Under the pieces are notes generated by a model. That model saw nothing but the letters and a program-made list of their open reading frames with translations, was not told the DNA's origin and searched no databases. The translations under genes were made by a program, and so were the position numbers. Of a stretch of DNA of 64,000 bases, positions 8,126-16,451 are shown piece after piece (within the stretch, counting starts at the first letter, position 1; each line of letters opens with the position of its first letter). Origin of the DNA: Bdellovibrionales bacterium (GTDB lineage Bacteria; Bdellovibrionota; Bdellovibrionia; Bdellovibrionales; UBA1609); the NCBI GenBank assembly GCA_043764155.1, contig JAYUKW010000031.1:71439-135438 (forward strand), in the 5' to 3' direction.

Positions 8126-9382
8126 ATGTTCAATAGAAAACCCCTTGAACAAAGACGAGTTGTTGTTACCGGAATGGGGCTTTTGTCTCCATTAGGACTA
8201 GATGTAAAATCCAGCTGGGAAAAAGCAGTTAATGCTGAATCCGGTATTGGAATGATCGAAAGTTTTAATACGGAAGGCTATGACGTTAGGTTTGCGGGTG
8301 AAGTTAAGGGTTTTGATCCTGAACTTTATATACATAAAAAAGATTTAAAAAAAATGGATCGCTTTATTCAGATGTGCTTAGCCACAGCTGAAATGGCGAT
8401 TAAAGATTCTGGAATCGATTTAGAAAAATTAAACATGCAAAGAGTCGGCACGCTGATCGGAAACGGTATTGGTGGCCTTCAAAGCATGGAAAGCCAACAT
8501 AGAATTTTATTTGAACGGGGCCCATCTAGAATGTCCCCGTTTTATATTCCATCAGTGATTGCGAATTTGGCTCCGGGTCACATTTCCATTAAATATGGTT
8601 TTCAAGGACCGAATTACACGATCACGTCCGCGTGTGCTTCAGGTGCCCATGCCATTGGTGAAGCGGCTAAGTATATTCGTGATGGTCACTGCGACATGAT
8701 GATTGCAGGCGGCACAGAAGCCGGCGTCACTCCGATTGCAATCGGTGGGTTTGCCGCGATGAAAGCCCTATCCACTAGAAATGATCAGCCACAGACGGCT
8801 TCACGCCCTTTTGATGAATCCAGAGATGGATTTGTACTGTCGGAAGGCAGTGCGGTTTTAGTTTTAGAAGATTATGAAATAGCCACTAAACGCGGGGCCA
8901 GAATTTATGCGGAACTCACAGGGTATGGTTTATCTTCAGATGCCTTTCATATGACGAATCCTGCCCCTGAAGGGCGAGGTGCGGCCTTATCTATGAAGAT
9001 TGCGCTGCAAGACGCTCAAATGAATCCTGAAGACATTCAGTATGTGAATGCCCACGGGACAAGTACTCCGGTTGGAGATCAATTAGAAAGCATTGCGATT
9101 GAAAGTGTATTTGGGACTCATTCTAAGAAAGTTTGGGTGAGTTCAACAAAAGGTGTTTGCGGGCATACATTAGGTGCGGCTGGGGCCATTGAAAGTGTAT
9201 TTTCAATTATGGCCTTAGTAGATCAAACAGCACCTCCTACGGCTAATTTACAAAAGCCCGGTGAAAACTGCAGACTAGATTATATCCCGGGGGCTGCCCG
9301 ACAAGGTAAAATCACATCTGTATTAAATAACAGTTTTGGTTTTGGTGGCACGAACTCCAGTTTGATTTTTTCCAAAATATAA
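8126..9382 (+). CDS. fabF: 3-oxoacyl-ACP synthase II
   Basis: ACASGAHAIG (Cys), HGTSTPVGD and GHTLGAAG (His-His). Confidence 0.95.
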   Translation: MFNRKPLEQRRVVVTGMGLLSPLGLDVKSSWEKAVNAESGIGMIESFNTEGYDVRFAGEVKGFDPELYIHKKDLKKMDRFIQMCLATAEMAIKDSGIDLEKLNMQRVGTLIGNGIGGLQSMESQHRILFERGPSRMSPFYIPSVIANLAPGHISIKYGFQGPNYTITSACASGAHAIGEAAKYIRDGHCDMMIAGGTEAGVTPIAIGGFAAMKALSTRNDQPQTASRPFDESRDGFVLSEGSAVLVLEDYEIATKRGARIYAELTGYGLSSDAFHMTNPAPEGRGAALSMKIALQDAQMNPEDIQYVNAHGTSTPVGDQLESIAIESVFGTHSKKVWVSSTKGVCGHTLGAAGAIESVFSIMALVDQTAPPTANLQKPGENCRLDYIPGAARQGKITSVLNNSFGFGGTNSSLIFSKI

Positions 9383-9399
9383 AACAAACTTAGCCTCAA

Positions 9400-9897
9400 A
9401 TGATAAACAAGATACTTATAGCTTCTGATCACGCAGGCTTTTCTTTGAAAGAAAAGTTAATTAAGAATTTAACTGTGGATTTAACTGTGGATTTAAATGT
9501 AGATTTAAATAAAGATTTATTAAGTCAAAGTTCTACTAAGTTTATTCTTGAAGACTTAGGCCCTAGCACTGATGCAAGTGTAGATTATCCTGACTACGCA
9601 AAAAAAGTTTGTAACGAAATTATTAAATCAAAAGATCCTAAAACTATGGGTGTTTTGATTTGTGGTTCCGGCCAAGGTATGTCCATAATGGCCAATAAAT
9701 TTAAAGAGATCCGGGCCGCCCTATGCTGGTCTGAATCCACGGCTAAACTTTCCCGCCAACACAACAATGCCAATGTGCTTTGTTTAAGTTCACGTGAAAT
9801 TAGTGATGATCTAAATTATAAAATTCTAAAAGTTTTTTTAAGCACTTCGTTTGAAGGTGGCCGTCATCAAGCAAGGTTAGATAAATTTAAAATTTAA
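9400..9897 (+). CDS. rpiB: Ribose-5-phosphate isomerase B (RpiB/LacAB family) with an internal tandem-repeat insertion
   Basis: SDHAGF, ICGSGQGMSIMANK, FEGGRHQARLDK. Contains 4 x 12-nt repeats at 9469-9516. Confidence 0.85.
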   Translation: MINKILIASDHAGFSLKEKLIKNLTVDLTVDLNVDLNKDLLSQSSTKFILEDLGPSTDASVDYPDYAKKVCNEIIKSKDPKTMGVLICGSGQGMSIMANKFKEIRAALCWSESTAKLSRQHNNANVLCLSSREISDDLNYKILKVFLSTSFEGGRHQARLDKFKI

Positions 9898-10021
9898 AAA
9901 AATTCGTGTCCCATTTGGCCCGCCAATTTTTTTCCTAAATAATTTCAGTAAAAAAGTTAATACCATTCTTCATTTTAATTAAGACTAAATATAAAGTTAT
10001 ATTTTTATTAACCAAGATGAA

Positions 10022-10333
10022 TCATGCGACTTCGTTTTTATTAATCCTATCTTCCGATAAGTTTGTACCACGAGGACGGACGTACACAATATAGAGGTTT
10101 TTGTCTTTAGGATTCTCACAGTAAAATATAGAGTTTCCTCTGTAAGTAAGTTTAAAAAACAAAGGATTTGTCTCTAAAATCGACCCAGATAAAGGGTTCG
10201 AAGTAAGGGCGTTTTCAACATAATCAATTAGCCCAACAACTGTTTCGATCGCCAACTCGAAAGTGAAATTTTCAGCGATATGCTCTCGAATTAAAATAAG
10301 ATCTTCTTCAGACTTAGGTGTCCACTTAAGCAT
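10022..10333 (-). CDS. ParE/RelE-family toxin
   Basis: MLKWTPKSEEDLILIREHIAENF... followed by YIVYVRPRG, which is ParE-like. The ATG at 10333 overlaps the antitoxin stop by 8 nt; the track ORF extends to 10357. Confidence 0.65.
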   Translation of the reverse strand: MLKWTPKSEEDLILIREHIAENFTFELAIETVVGLIDYVENALTSNPLSGSILETNPLFFKLTYRGNSIFYCENPKDKNLYIVYVRPRGTNLSEDRINKNEVA

Positions 10334-10610
10334 ATTTCTTACGAAGACCTTTCTCACTCTTTTTGAGTTTTGCTTTAAGGTCAGAAGTGCTTATGCCTTC
10401 GCCTCTTAGAGCTTGTGCATAACCAATTGCAAGGTTTTTATGAAGAGCAATTTCTTCATGCAGTTTGTGGATTTGGTCTGCAGGAACCATGGCAATCTCT
10501 GTTCCATTCTTGTGAGATATAATTTGAACTTCGCCAGAGACAACTTGGTCAAAAGTTTCAAAAAGCGTATTTCGTAATTCAGTAATAGTTTTTTTCTTTA
10601 AATTTGCCAT
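10326..10610 (-). CDS. Phd/YefM-family antitoxin
   Basis: MANLKKKTITELRNTLFETFDQVVSGEVQIISHKNGTEIAMVP is a typical Phd/YefM N-terminal domain. Likely start is ATG 10610; the track starts at 10646. Confidence 0.7.
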   Translation of the reverse strand: MANLKKKTITELRNTLFETFDQVVSGEVQIISHKNGTEIAMVPADQIHKLHEEIALHKNLAIGYAQALRGEGISTSDLKAKLKKSEKGLRKKYA

Positions 10611-10660
10611 ATGTACATCTTGGCGTACGTATAGCCCAAGTGTCAAGATTTTAATTTTTT

Positions 10661-11209
10661 CTAGCAGTTAGCCTCGTCGTATTTCTCGACAGCTTCTTCA
10701 AAAGCACTCGTTAGGTCCTTTGCTTTTCCCGCAGCTATAATTCTTTTTAGTTTGGCGATTGTGTCCGCTTTAAATCTTAAAGTCTTGGGTAGCCTAAGTT
10801 CTTTTGCTGGTTTTGTTCTTTTGTCTTTAAATTGCACATTGGCCCAATGTTTCATTTTTGCAAAAGTAATCCCTTCGAAGTCAGGTCCATTTTCCGCATT
10901 TTCTCGAATAGCTTTTAGTATGACTTGAATTTCCTTCGGCGTATTGTCGAGCCCTAAAAAGTTGGCCCGGTGGTGCATTATTGCTGCGGGGAGAACTTCT
11001 AAAATGCGAGGTTCGACATTTCGACCTGCCCATAACGCGTCTTTAAGTTCTATCTTAGCCCCCGTCCTTGCAGGAATGCTCAGGTTAGTTTGCAAGAGAC
11101 CTTTGGCCTTAAGCATTCCTATGGTCTTCTTAAAGCGTAAGTCCTTTCGATTGAGCTTATTTTGCTCTGCCTTTGCTTTTATTTTTTTAAGGAACTCATT
11201 TGTTTCCAT
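10661..11209 (-). CDS. Hypothetical protein with a C-terminal ribbon-helix-helix-like segment
   Basis: 182 aa. The C-terminal KTLRFKADTIAKLKRIIAAGKAKDLTSAFEEAVEKY has a strand-helix-helix pattern. Lies 2 nt downstream of ORF 11212-11703 and 14 nt upstream of the longest phd-like ORF (10646; 50 nt from its likely ATG at 10610). Confidence 0.45.
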   Translation of the reverse strand: METNEFLKKIKAKAEQNKLNRKDLRFKKTIGMLKAKGLLQTNLSIPARTGAKIELKDALWAGRNVEPRILEVLPAAIMHHRANFLGLDNTPKEIQVILKAIRENAENGPDFEGITFAKMKHWANVQFKDKRTKPAKELRLPKTLRFKADTIAKLKRIIAAGKAKDLTSAFEEAVEKYDEANC

Positions 11210-11211
11210 TT

Positions 11212-11703
11212 TTAATCTCCGAGAAAGTATTGGAGGTCGCCATTATTTTCCTGAATCCTTCTTACCAGATTTGGAAAACGCTCACTCGCTATTGCATCAA
11301 TAATCAAAATCTTATTTTTTTGTTTAGCTTTAACCGCCTTACTGACCAATGCAGATTCAGGATCAAGCAATTTCACCTGTACATATTTAGAATCCCAAAA
11401 CAGTTCAAAAGTGCTTCCTGGGGGAAGCCAAACAAGACCACTATCGCTATCTAGTTCTAAGTCATACTTAGGCAGGATTTCTTTCGTTAGAACCCTAGTT
11501 ACGAAGCCTTGGGTATTTGTAATGACTGCATCAAGATCATTAGTCATTTGGAGAGTTAGAATCGGAGCTACCATCTCGTTGGCCAAAAGTGTGATTTGGC
11601 CAAGAATGCGAACTTCAACCGAGCGGATCTTTGATTCACCGGACTGTTCTCGATCCACATTCTCTGCAGTGATTCGCTCATTTAACTCTTTAAAAATGGC
11701 CAT
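11212..11703 (-). CDS. Hypothetical protein, first gene of the four-gene operon
   Basis: Likely start MAIFKELNERI at 11703; the track ORF extends to 11784. A weak NTase-like TNDLDAVI segment is the only hint of function. Confidence 0.45.
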   Translation of the reverse strand: MAIFKELNERITAENVDREQSGESKIRSVEVRILGQITLLANEMVAPILTLQMTNDLDAVITNTQGFVTRVLTKEILPKYDLELDSDSGLVWLPPGSTFELFWDSKYVQVKLLDPESALVSKAVKAKQKNKILIIDAIASERFPNLVRRIQENNGDLQYFLGD

Positions 11704-11904
11704 AATTATCTCTTTCATCATATTTATAATATACAGTACGTACGGTATATTTGCAAATAATATTGAGCATTTAAGTTGTTTCAATTTGAGATAAAATATC
11801 TTAGTAAATCCAAGGGTTTAAAAGTCTAGTAAATTCATTGTGTTTTTAATCTCACATATGATTATTCATTTTGGTCGGGGAAATGTTGAGGATGTGTTTC
11901 TACC

Positions 11905-11937
11905 TTTTTTCCGCCAATTTAGATTTGGCGGAAAAAA
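11905..11937. terminator. Bidirectional rho-independent terminator-like hairpin
   Basis: TTTTTTCCGCCAA-tttagat-TTGGCGGAAAAAA. Perfect 13-nt arms including T6/A6 runs, in the gap between the minus-strand operon and ORF 12095. Confidence 0.6.
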
Positions 11938-12094
11938 GGATTTCAATACGAAGCATTATTTAAGATCTAATTTTAAGATCTAATTTCAAGCAAATAATAA
12001 CCTGTACATTGAACTCTCAATTTATCTTTCTCGATTATCTTTTCATTTTAAAAATTTCCTACTCAAGAACATAATATCAGGATAAAAATAAATT

Positions 12095-12589
12095 ATGAAA
12101 AAACTTTGGTCGTCTTTAAAATTGTTGATAGTTTTTGTTATTTTTATGGCCTTCGGGGCTATAGTTGTTGTGTATTACCCTTGGCTTTTTGGTAAAAATG
12201 TTAAGGGTGAAATCATTGAAGTTGAACGCGTAACCATGCCCAGCACTGTGATTGGTTCAGTGAACAAATTCCAGATGCATTCTTATGCTGTTTTAATTCA
12301 AGATGATAAAGGCGAGATGTTCACATCAAGTTCTGAAGACCGTCGATGGGAAGTGGCTAAAAAAGGGATGTGTGTAGTGTCCTTATTTTATCGTCATCCA
12401 CCATGGAGACTTCAATCAGCTGGGACATTTTATAATGCTAGAGTTCAAAAGATTTTTCGATGCCCGGGGAAAGACTATTCAACTGAAAGTAATTCTACCA
12501 AAGATAGTTTTAATGATAATTCGACAGATATAAATAATGATGAAGCCACTGTTGAATCTTCTAATAAACCTATAGAGGTTGAAAAATGA
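12095..12589 (+). CDS. Membrane-anchored hypothetical protein
   Basis: N-terminal TM helix [23 protein letters not shown]. Overlaps the glyA start by 4 nt. Confidence 0.5.
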   Translation: MKKLWSSLKLLIVFVIFMAFGAIVVVYYPWLFGKNVKGEIIEVERVTMPSTVIGSVNKFQMHSYAVLIQDDKGEMFTSSSEDRRWEVAKKGMCVVSLFYRHPPWRLQSAGTFYNARVQKIFRCPGKDYSTESNSTKDSFNDNSTDINNDEATVESSNKPIEVEK

Positions 12590-13839
12590 ACGTTGATCTA
12601 AAACTAGACGCTTTATCTAAATCAGATCCCGCCGTTGCAGATTTGATTCAAAAAGAATTTTTACGCCAACAAAACGGCTTAGAGATGATCGCATCTGAAA
12701 ACTACGCATCCCAAGCGGTGCTTGACGCCCAAGGTTCTGTTTTAACGAACAAGTACGCTGAGGGCTACCCAAACAAAAGATATTACGGTGGTTGTGAATT
12801 TGTCGATGAGATCGAACAGTTAGCTATCGACCGAGCTAAAGAACTTTTTAAATGTGATCACGCTAACGTTCAGCCTCACTCTGGAAGTGGAGCGAACATG
12901 GCCGTGTTTATGGCGGCATTAAAACCTGGCGAGACGATATTAGGAATGGATTTGTCCCAAGGTGGACATTTAACCCATGGGTCGCCAGTGAATTTTTCTG
13001 GTCAACTGTACACTGTTGCCAGTTACGGGATTGATGAAAAAACTCATCTTTTAGATTACGATTTGATTTTAGATATCGCAAAAAAAACGAAGCCTAAATT
13101 AATTATTGCAGGTTACAGCGCGTATCCTCGATTTTTAGATTTTAAAATATTTAAAGACATTGCAGACCAAGTGGGTGCGAAGCTTCATGTGGATATGGCG
13201 CACTTTGCGGGACTTGTGGCTTCTGGCCATCACCCCTCCCCTGTTGGCATTGCTAATTATATTACGTCAACAACTCACAAAACTTTAAGAGGCCCTCGTG
13301 GTGGTATTATTTTATGTGATGAAGCCGATGTTAAAACTATTAATTCTAAGATTTTTCCAGGCATTCAAGGTGGGCCACTAGAGCATATTATCGCGGGTAA
13401 AGCGGTCGCTTTTAAAGAGGCATTAAGTCCAGACTTCAAAGTGTATATTGGTAACGTCATTAAAAATGCCCGTGTGCTAGCTGAAGAATTTATGACTTAC
13501 GGATACGGCGTGGTCAGTGGTGGAACAGACAACCATTTACTTCTTATTGATTTAAGAAACAAAAACGTTAACGGTAAAGAAGCAGAAAAAGCTTTGGATT
13601 TGGCTGGAATCACTGTAAATAAAAATACTGTACCTAATGAAACCCAAAGCCCATTTGTAACTAGTGGAATTCGTGTCGGCACACCAGCCTTAACAACACG
13701 AGGCATGGGTGTGACTGAAATGAAACAAATCGCGAAGTGGATGGATATGGTTTTATCTGATCATAAAAATGCGGATTTGTTAGAAAAAGTTCGTTTAGAG
13801 GTTTACAGCTTCACCAAGGACTTCCCGATTTATAATTGA
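12586..13839 (+). CDS. glyA: Serine hydroxymethyltransferase
   Basis: [17 protein letters not shown]-lysine motif. Full-length SHMT-like sequence. Confidence 0.95.
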   Translation: MNVDLKLDALSKSDPAVADLIQKEFLRQQNGLEMIASENYASQAVLDAQGSVLTNKYAEGYPNKRYYGGCEFVDEIEQLAIDRAKELFKCDHANVQPHSGSGANMAVFMAALKPGETILGMDLSQGGHLTHGSPVNFSGQLYTVASYGIDEKTHLLDYDLILDIAKKTKPKLIIAGYSAYPRFLDFKIFKDIADQVGAKLHVDMAHFAGLVASGHHPSPVGIANYITSTTHKTLRGPRGGIILCDEADVKTINSKIFPGIQGGPLEHIIAGKAVAFKEALSPDFKVYIGNVIKNARVLAEEFMTYGYGVVSGGTDNHLLLIDLRNKNVNGKEAEKALDLAGITVNKNTVPNETQSPFVTSGIRVGTPALTTRGMGVTEMKQIAKWMDMVLSDHKNADLLEKVRLEVYSFTKDFPIYN

Positions 13840-13911
13840 TATTTTTTAAAATAGTAAAAAATATTAATTTTTTCATAAAATATAATAATAAATTAATTCT
13901 CATATTTTAGT

Positions 13912-14607
13912 TTAATTAGTAAGTGTGTCTTTTAATTTTTGTAGATCCGCATCTACAGGTTCTCCTAGCCAAACCGAAAAGACTTCTTTAATAAACCCTT
14001 TGTGGCCTACGATTTTTTGATTAATTCCTTTCATCATAAGATATAGTTCGTCTGAGTCTTTTAGACTTACGCCCACTAAATAAAAAGGTTCGTTTTTAAT
14101 GACTTTATTTTTTGCTATAACTTCAAAAAATTCAACTTGAGCTTTGGTTTCACCGTTGATGTTATTTTTTGAATAGGACATCAGCATAGCTTCTTTTAGT
14201 TTATCCCCAGAAAATGATCTTAAAGGTTTAAGTTTAATCGCAATGTAGTTTGAATTCGCAAGTTCTTGGGGATCGGTAGTTTTAGATTTGGAATCTTCAA
14301 AATACATTCTGGCCTCATATATATTAATAGAAAAGACAGCTACTTTTTTATGTCTAATGCCCTGATTTCGTCCAAAAAGTTTAACTTTACTTTCTTGCAC
14401 GATGACTTTGATGTCTTTGTTGTTTTTCTTTGATTTTTTTGGATTAGTTTTGTCTTTGACGATATCACTATTGGGTGTTGCAGGTGTCTGATCAAATGTG
14501 ATTTCAAGACTTGTTTCGTTGTCTTTAATCTCGAAACAAAATCCAATATTTGATATGAAAATAAAGACCATAACTGCACATATTTTATAAATATGAGAAC
14601 TCTTCAT
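13912..14607 (-). CDS. Secreted hypothetical protein (possibly a chalcone-isomerase-like fold)
   Basis: Signal peptide MKSSHIYKICAVMVFIFISNIGFC. The fold guess from VAVFSINIYEARMYF is weak. Confidence 0.45.
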   Translation of the reverse strand: MKSSHIYKICAVMVFIFISNIGFCFEIKDNETSLEITFDQTPATPNSDIVKDKTNPKKSKKNNKDIKVIVQESKVKLFGRNQGIRHKKVAVFSINIYEARMYFEDSKSKTTDPQELANSNYIAIKLKPLRSFSGDKLKEAMLMSYSKNNINGETKAQVEFFEVIAKNKVIKNEPFYLVGVSLKDSDELYLMMKGINQKIVGHKGFIKEVFSVWLGEPVDADLQKLKDTLTN

Positions 14608-14645
14608 AGATTACTCCATTAAAATCGTTTAAGCTTTAGTCTGAT

Positions 14646-15143
14646 ATGCACATGTTTAGAACTCAACAGCTTTTTATTTTGTTTATTGGCCTATCCCAGT
14701 GTGTACAGTCCTCGAATAGAAATATAATTGAGCCTCAGATCACTATGATGTCCGGTTGGGTGTCCCCTGTTGAACCCAATGTCACCTTGACCCAAAAATT
14801 TAGACCAAAGTACAACTCCAAACATAAGGGCGTCGATTTAGCCGGTAAAATGAACCAGCCTTTATTTGCCACTAATAGTGGTGTTGTAACCTATAAAGGC
14901 GACAAATTTAGAGGCTACGGTAAAATGATTTTACTTGAGCACAGCGAAGGCTGGACTTCGCTGTACTCACATCTATCAAAATTTAATGTCGATAACGGCG
15001 ATAAAGTTTATGCGGGACAAGTTATTGGATATATGGGACGAAGCGGACGCGCGTCTGGTGTGCATCTGCACTTTGAAGTTTATAAAAACAAAATCCCTAT
15101 AGATCCCCTAAGAGTCGTCCCAATCCGATACAAATTTAAGTAG
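14646..15143 (+). CDS. M23 (LytM-type) metallopeptidase
   Basis: HKGVDLAG and GVHLHFEV zinc-ligand motifs. Signal peptide present. Confidence 0.85.
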   Translation: MHMFRTQQLFILFIGLSQCVQSSNRNIIEPQITMMSGWVSPVEPNVTLTQKFRPKYNSKHKGVDLAGKMNQPLFATNSGVVTYKGDKFRGYGKMILLEHSEGWTSLYSHLSKFNVDNGDKVYAGQVIGYMGRSGRASGVHLHFEVYKNKIPIDPLRVVPIRYKFK

Positions 15144-15519
15144 TACTTATTTAGATCTTAATTATGACTTCAAATTTCAAAATAACTCTAAGTCTTTCCT
15201 TATAATTTTAATATAGGCGAAGCCTTGTCATTTGCCCTGCAGCTCGAGAACTCCAAAAAATATATTTTAATTTAAGATCCTTGAGATGATTTATAATAGG
15301 CTCGTTGGCATGAAGCCTTGCGGTTTTTTGCAAGGCAAATGACAAGGTCTGTCCTATTATAAATCATCTCAAGGATCTTAAATTAAAATATATTTTTTGG
15401 AGTTCTCGAGCAAGGCTTCGTGCCAACGAGCCTATATTAATATTATAAAGAAAGACTTAGAGTTATTTTGAAATTTGAAGTCATAATTAAGATCTAAATA
15501 AGTACTACTTAAATTTGTA
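15129..15519. repeat. Nested giant palindromic element (outer unit with a split core, plus a complete inner unit)
   Basis: Outer arms 15129-15217 / 15431-15519 (89 nt, 2 mismatches). Inner arms 15243-15300 / 15353-15410 (58 nt, perfect). Inner core 15301-15352. Outer half-cores 15218-15242 and 15411-15430. All verified base by base. Confidence 0.9.
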
Positions 15520-15541
15520 GGGGTAGGATCGTCTGTTTTTT

Positions 15542-16267
15542 TTATCCAACAAGAATGATGTGATTGTCTTTAGAGTTCACTTTCATGATGTCACTTCTAC
15601 GGATGCCTAGGTTAACGAAGTCGATTTGGGATTCCATGGATTCAAGTATTTTCATTTGATTATAAATTTTAGTTACTTCTTTTCTAATAAAATTTAAGAT
15701 CTGTGTTTTATATTTAGGTCTAAGTGCGACAAACTTGACGCTAAATGTTTCGCTTTCATTTTGACCATTTACGATACTTAACTTATCTATTCTTAAAATT
15801 TCTGCGGAGGCATTAAAAGATTTCATCTTAAGTTTTGAATGGTACGGAAAGTGAACTTTAATTTTATCCTTCATCATTAATTTACCAAAAGGAAGTTCGA
15901 TACGGGCTCCGCCGGCACTGAGCTGTTTACATTTACCTTGGATCACTTCCCCATTTTTAATGATCACAATTGAAGAGCTATCTAATTCAATACGAACATG
16001 AGATCTGATTTTCTGATGTTCAGATCTAGGGCTGTAAGTAGTCAAAAAGGCGTCTACTTCTTTTGAGTTAAAACATTCAAGCTCGGTCATTTTAACCCAA
16101 TCTGTATGCTCGTTGGTTCTAACGTACTGGTGACGAGTTAAACTCTTGGCTTGAAGCATTAAACATAATTCAGGATAACTGTAGGGCCCCAACCACCTTT
16201 GACCACATCTTAAATGCCATATTTGGCTTAAAAGCTTTATTTCGTGAGATGTTAAATAAACTTGCAT
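15542..16267 (-). CDS. GYF_2-domain plus PilZ-domain protein (putative c-di-GMP receptor)
   Basis: N-terminal WLGPYSYPELCLMLQAKSLTRHQYVRTNEHTDWVKM is GYF_2-like. PilZ motifs RSHVR (RxxxR) and QLSAGGA (D/NxSxxG-like). Confidence 0.7.
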   Translation of the reverse strand: MQVYLTSHEIKLLSQIWHLRCGQRWLGPYSYPELCLMLQAKSLTRHQYVRTNEHTDWVKMTELECFNSKEVDAFLTTYSPRSEHQKIRSHVRIELDSSSIVIIKNGEVIQGKCKQLSAGGARIELPFGKLMMKDKIKVHFPYHSKLKMKSFNASAEILRIDKLSIVNGQNESETFSVKFVALRPKYKTQILNFIRKEVTKIYNQMKILESMESQIDFVNLGIRRSDIMKVNSKDNHIILVG

Positions 16268-16451
16268 GGGCCTTTCCTATTACTAATTTTATCGGAAATT
16301 AGGGCTTTAGACTTAAGCCAGTTTCAAAATAAGACAGTTATAATTTACGCCAAGTGTCTTAAAGAGCCTTCGAGCTGTCGTTTGTTATTAATTTGTTGTT
16401 TAGAATAGCATTTTGGGTAGTCTTTATATGAACGGGCCCTTCAAGGAGAAC

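Noticed and set aside
10944-11794. Plus-strand ORFs 10944-11303, 11200-11454 and 11411-11794
   Set aside because: They lie antisense to the compact, translationally coupled minus-strand operon. Their products are low-complexity or odd in composition, and there is no RBS.
11959-11990. Short tandem duplication TTTTAAGATCTAA x2 in the intergenic region upstream of ORF 12095
   Set aside because: It has two copies only and is AT-rich low complexity, with no associated structure or gene.
13497-13706. 69-aa minus-strand ORF inside glyA
   Set aside because: It is a shadow ORF opposite a highly conserved gene.
14340-14579. 79-aa ORF overlapping ORF 13912-14607 on the same strand
   Set aside because: It is an alternative frame of the longer ORF, which has a proper signal peptide. 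It is K/S-rich frame noise.
15237-15248. Adjacent PstI (CTGCAG) and XhoI (CTCGAG) sites at the junction of the outer and inner palindromes, resembling a polylinker
   Set aside because: CTGCAG aligns to the TTGCAA of intact cores with two substitutions, and the CTCGAG sites are simply the ends of the inner arms. No vector-like sequence is nearby. A cloning artefact seems unlikely, though raw reads should still be checked.
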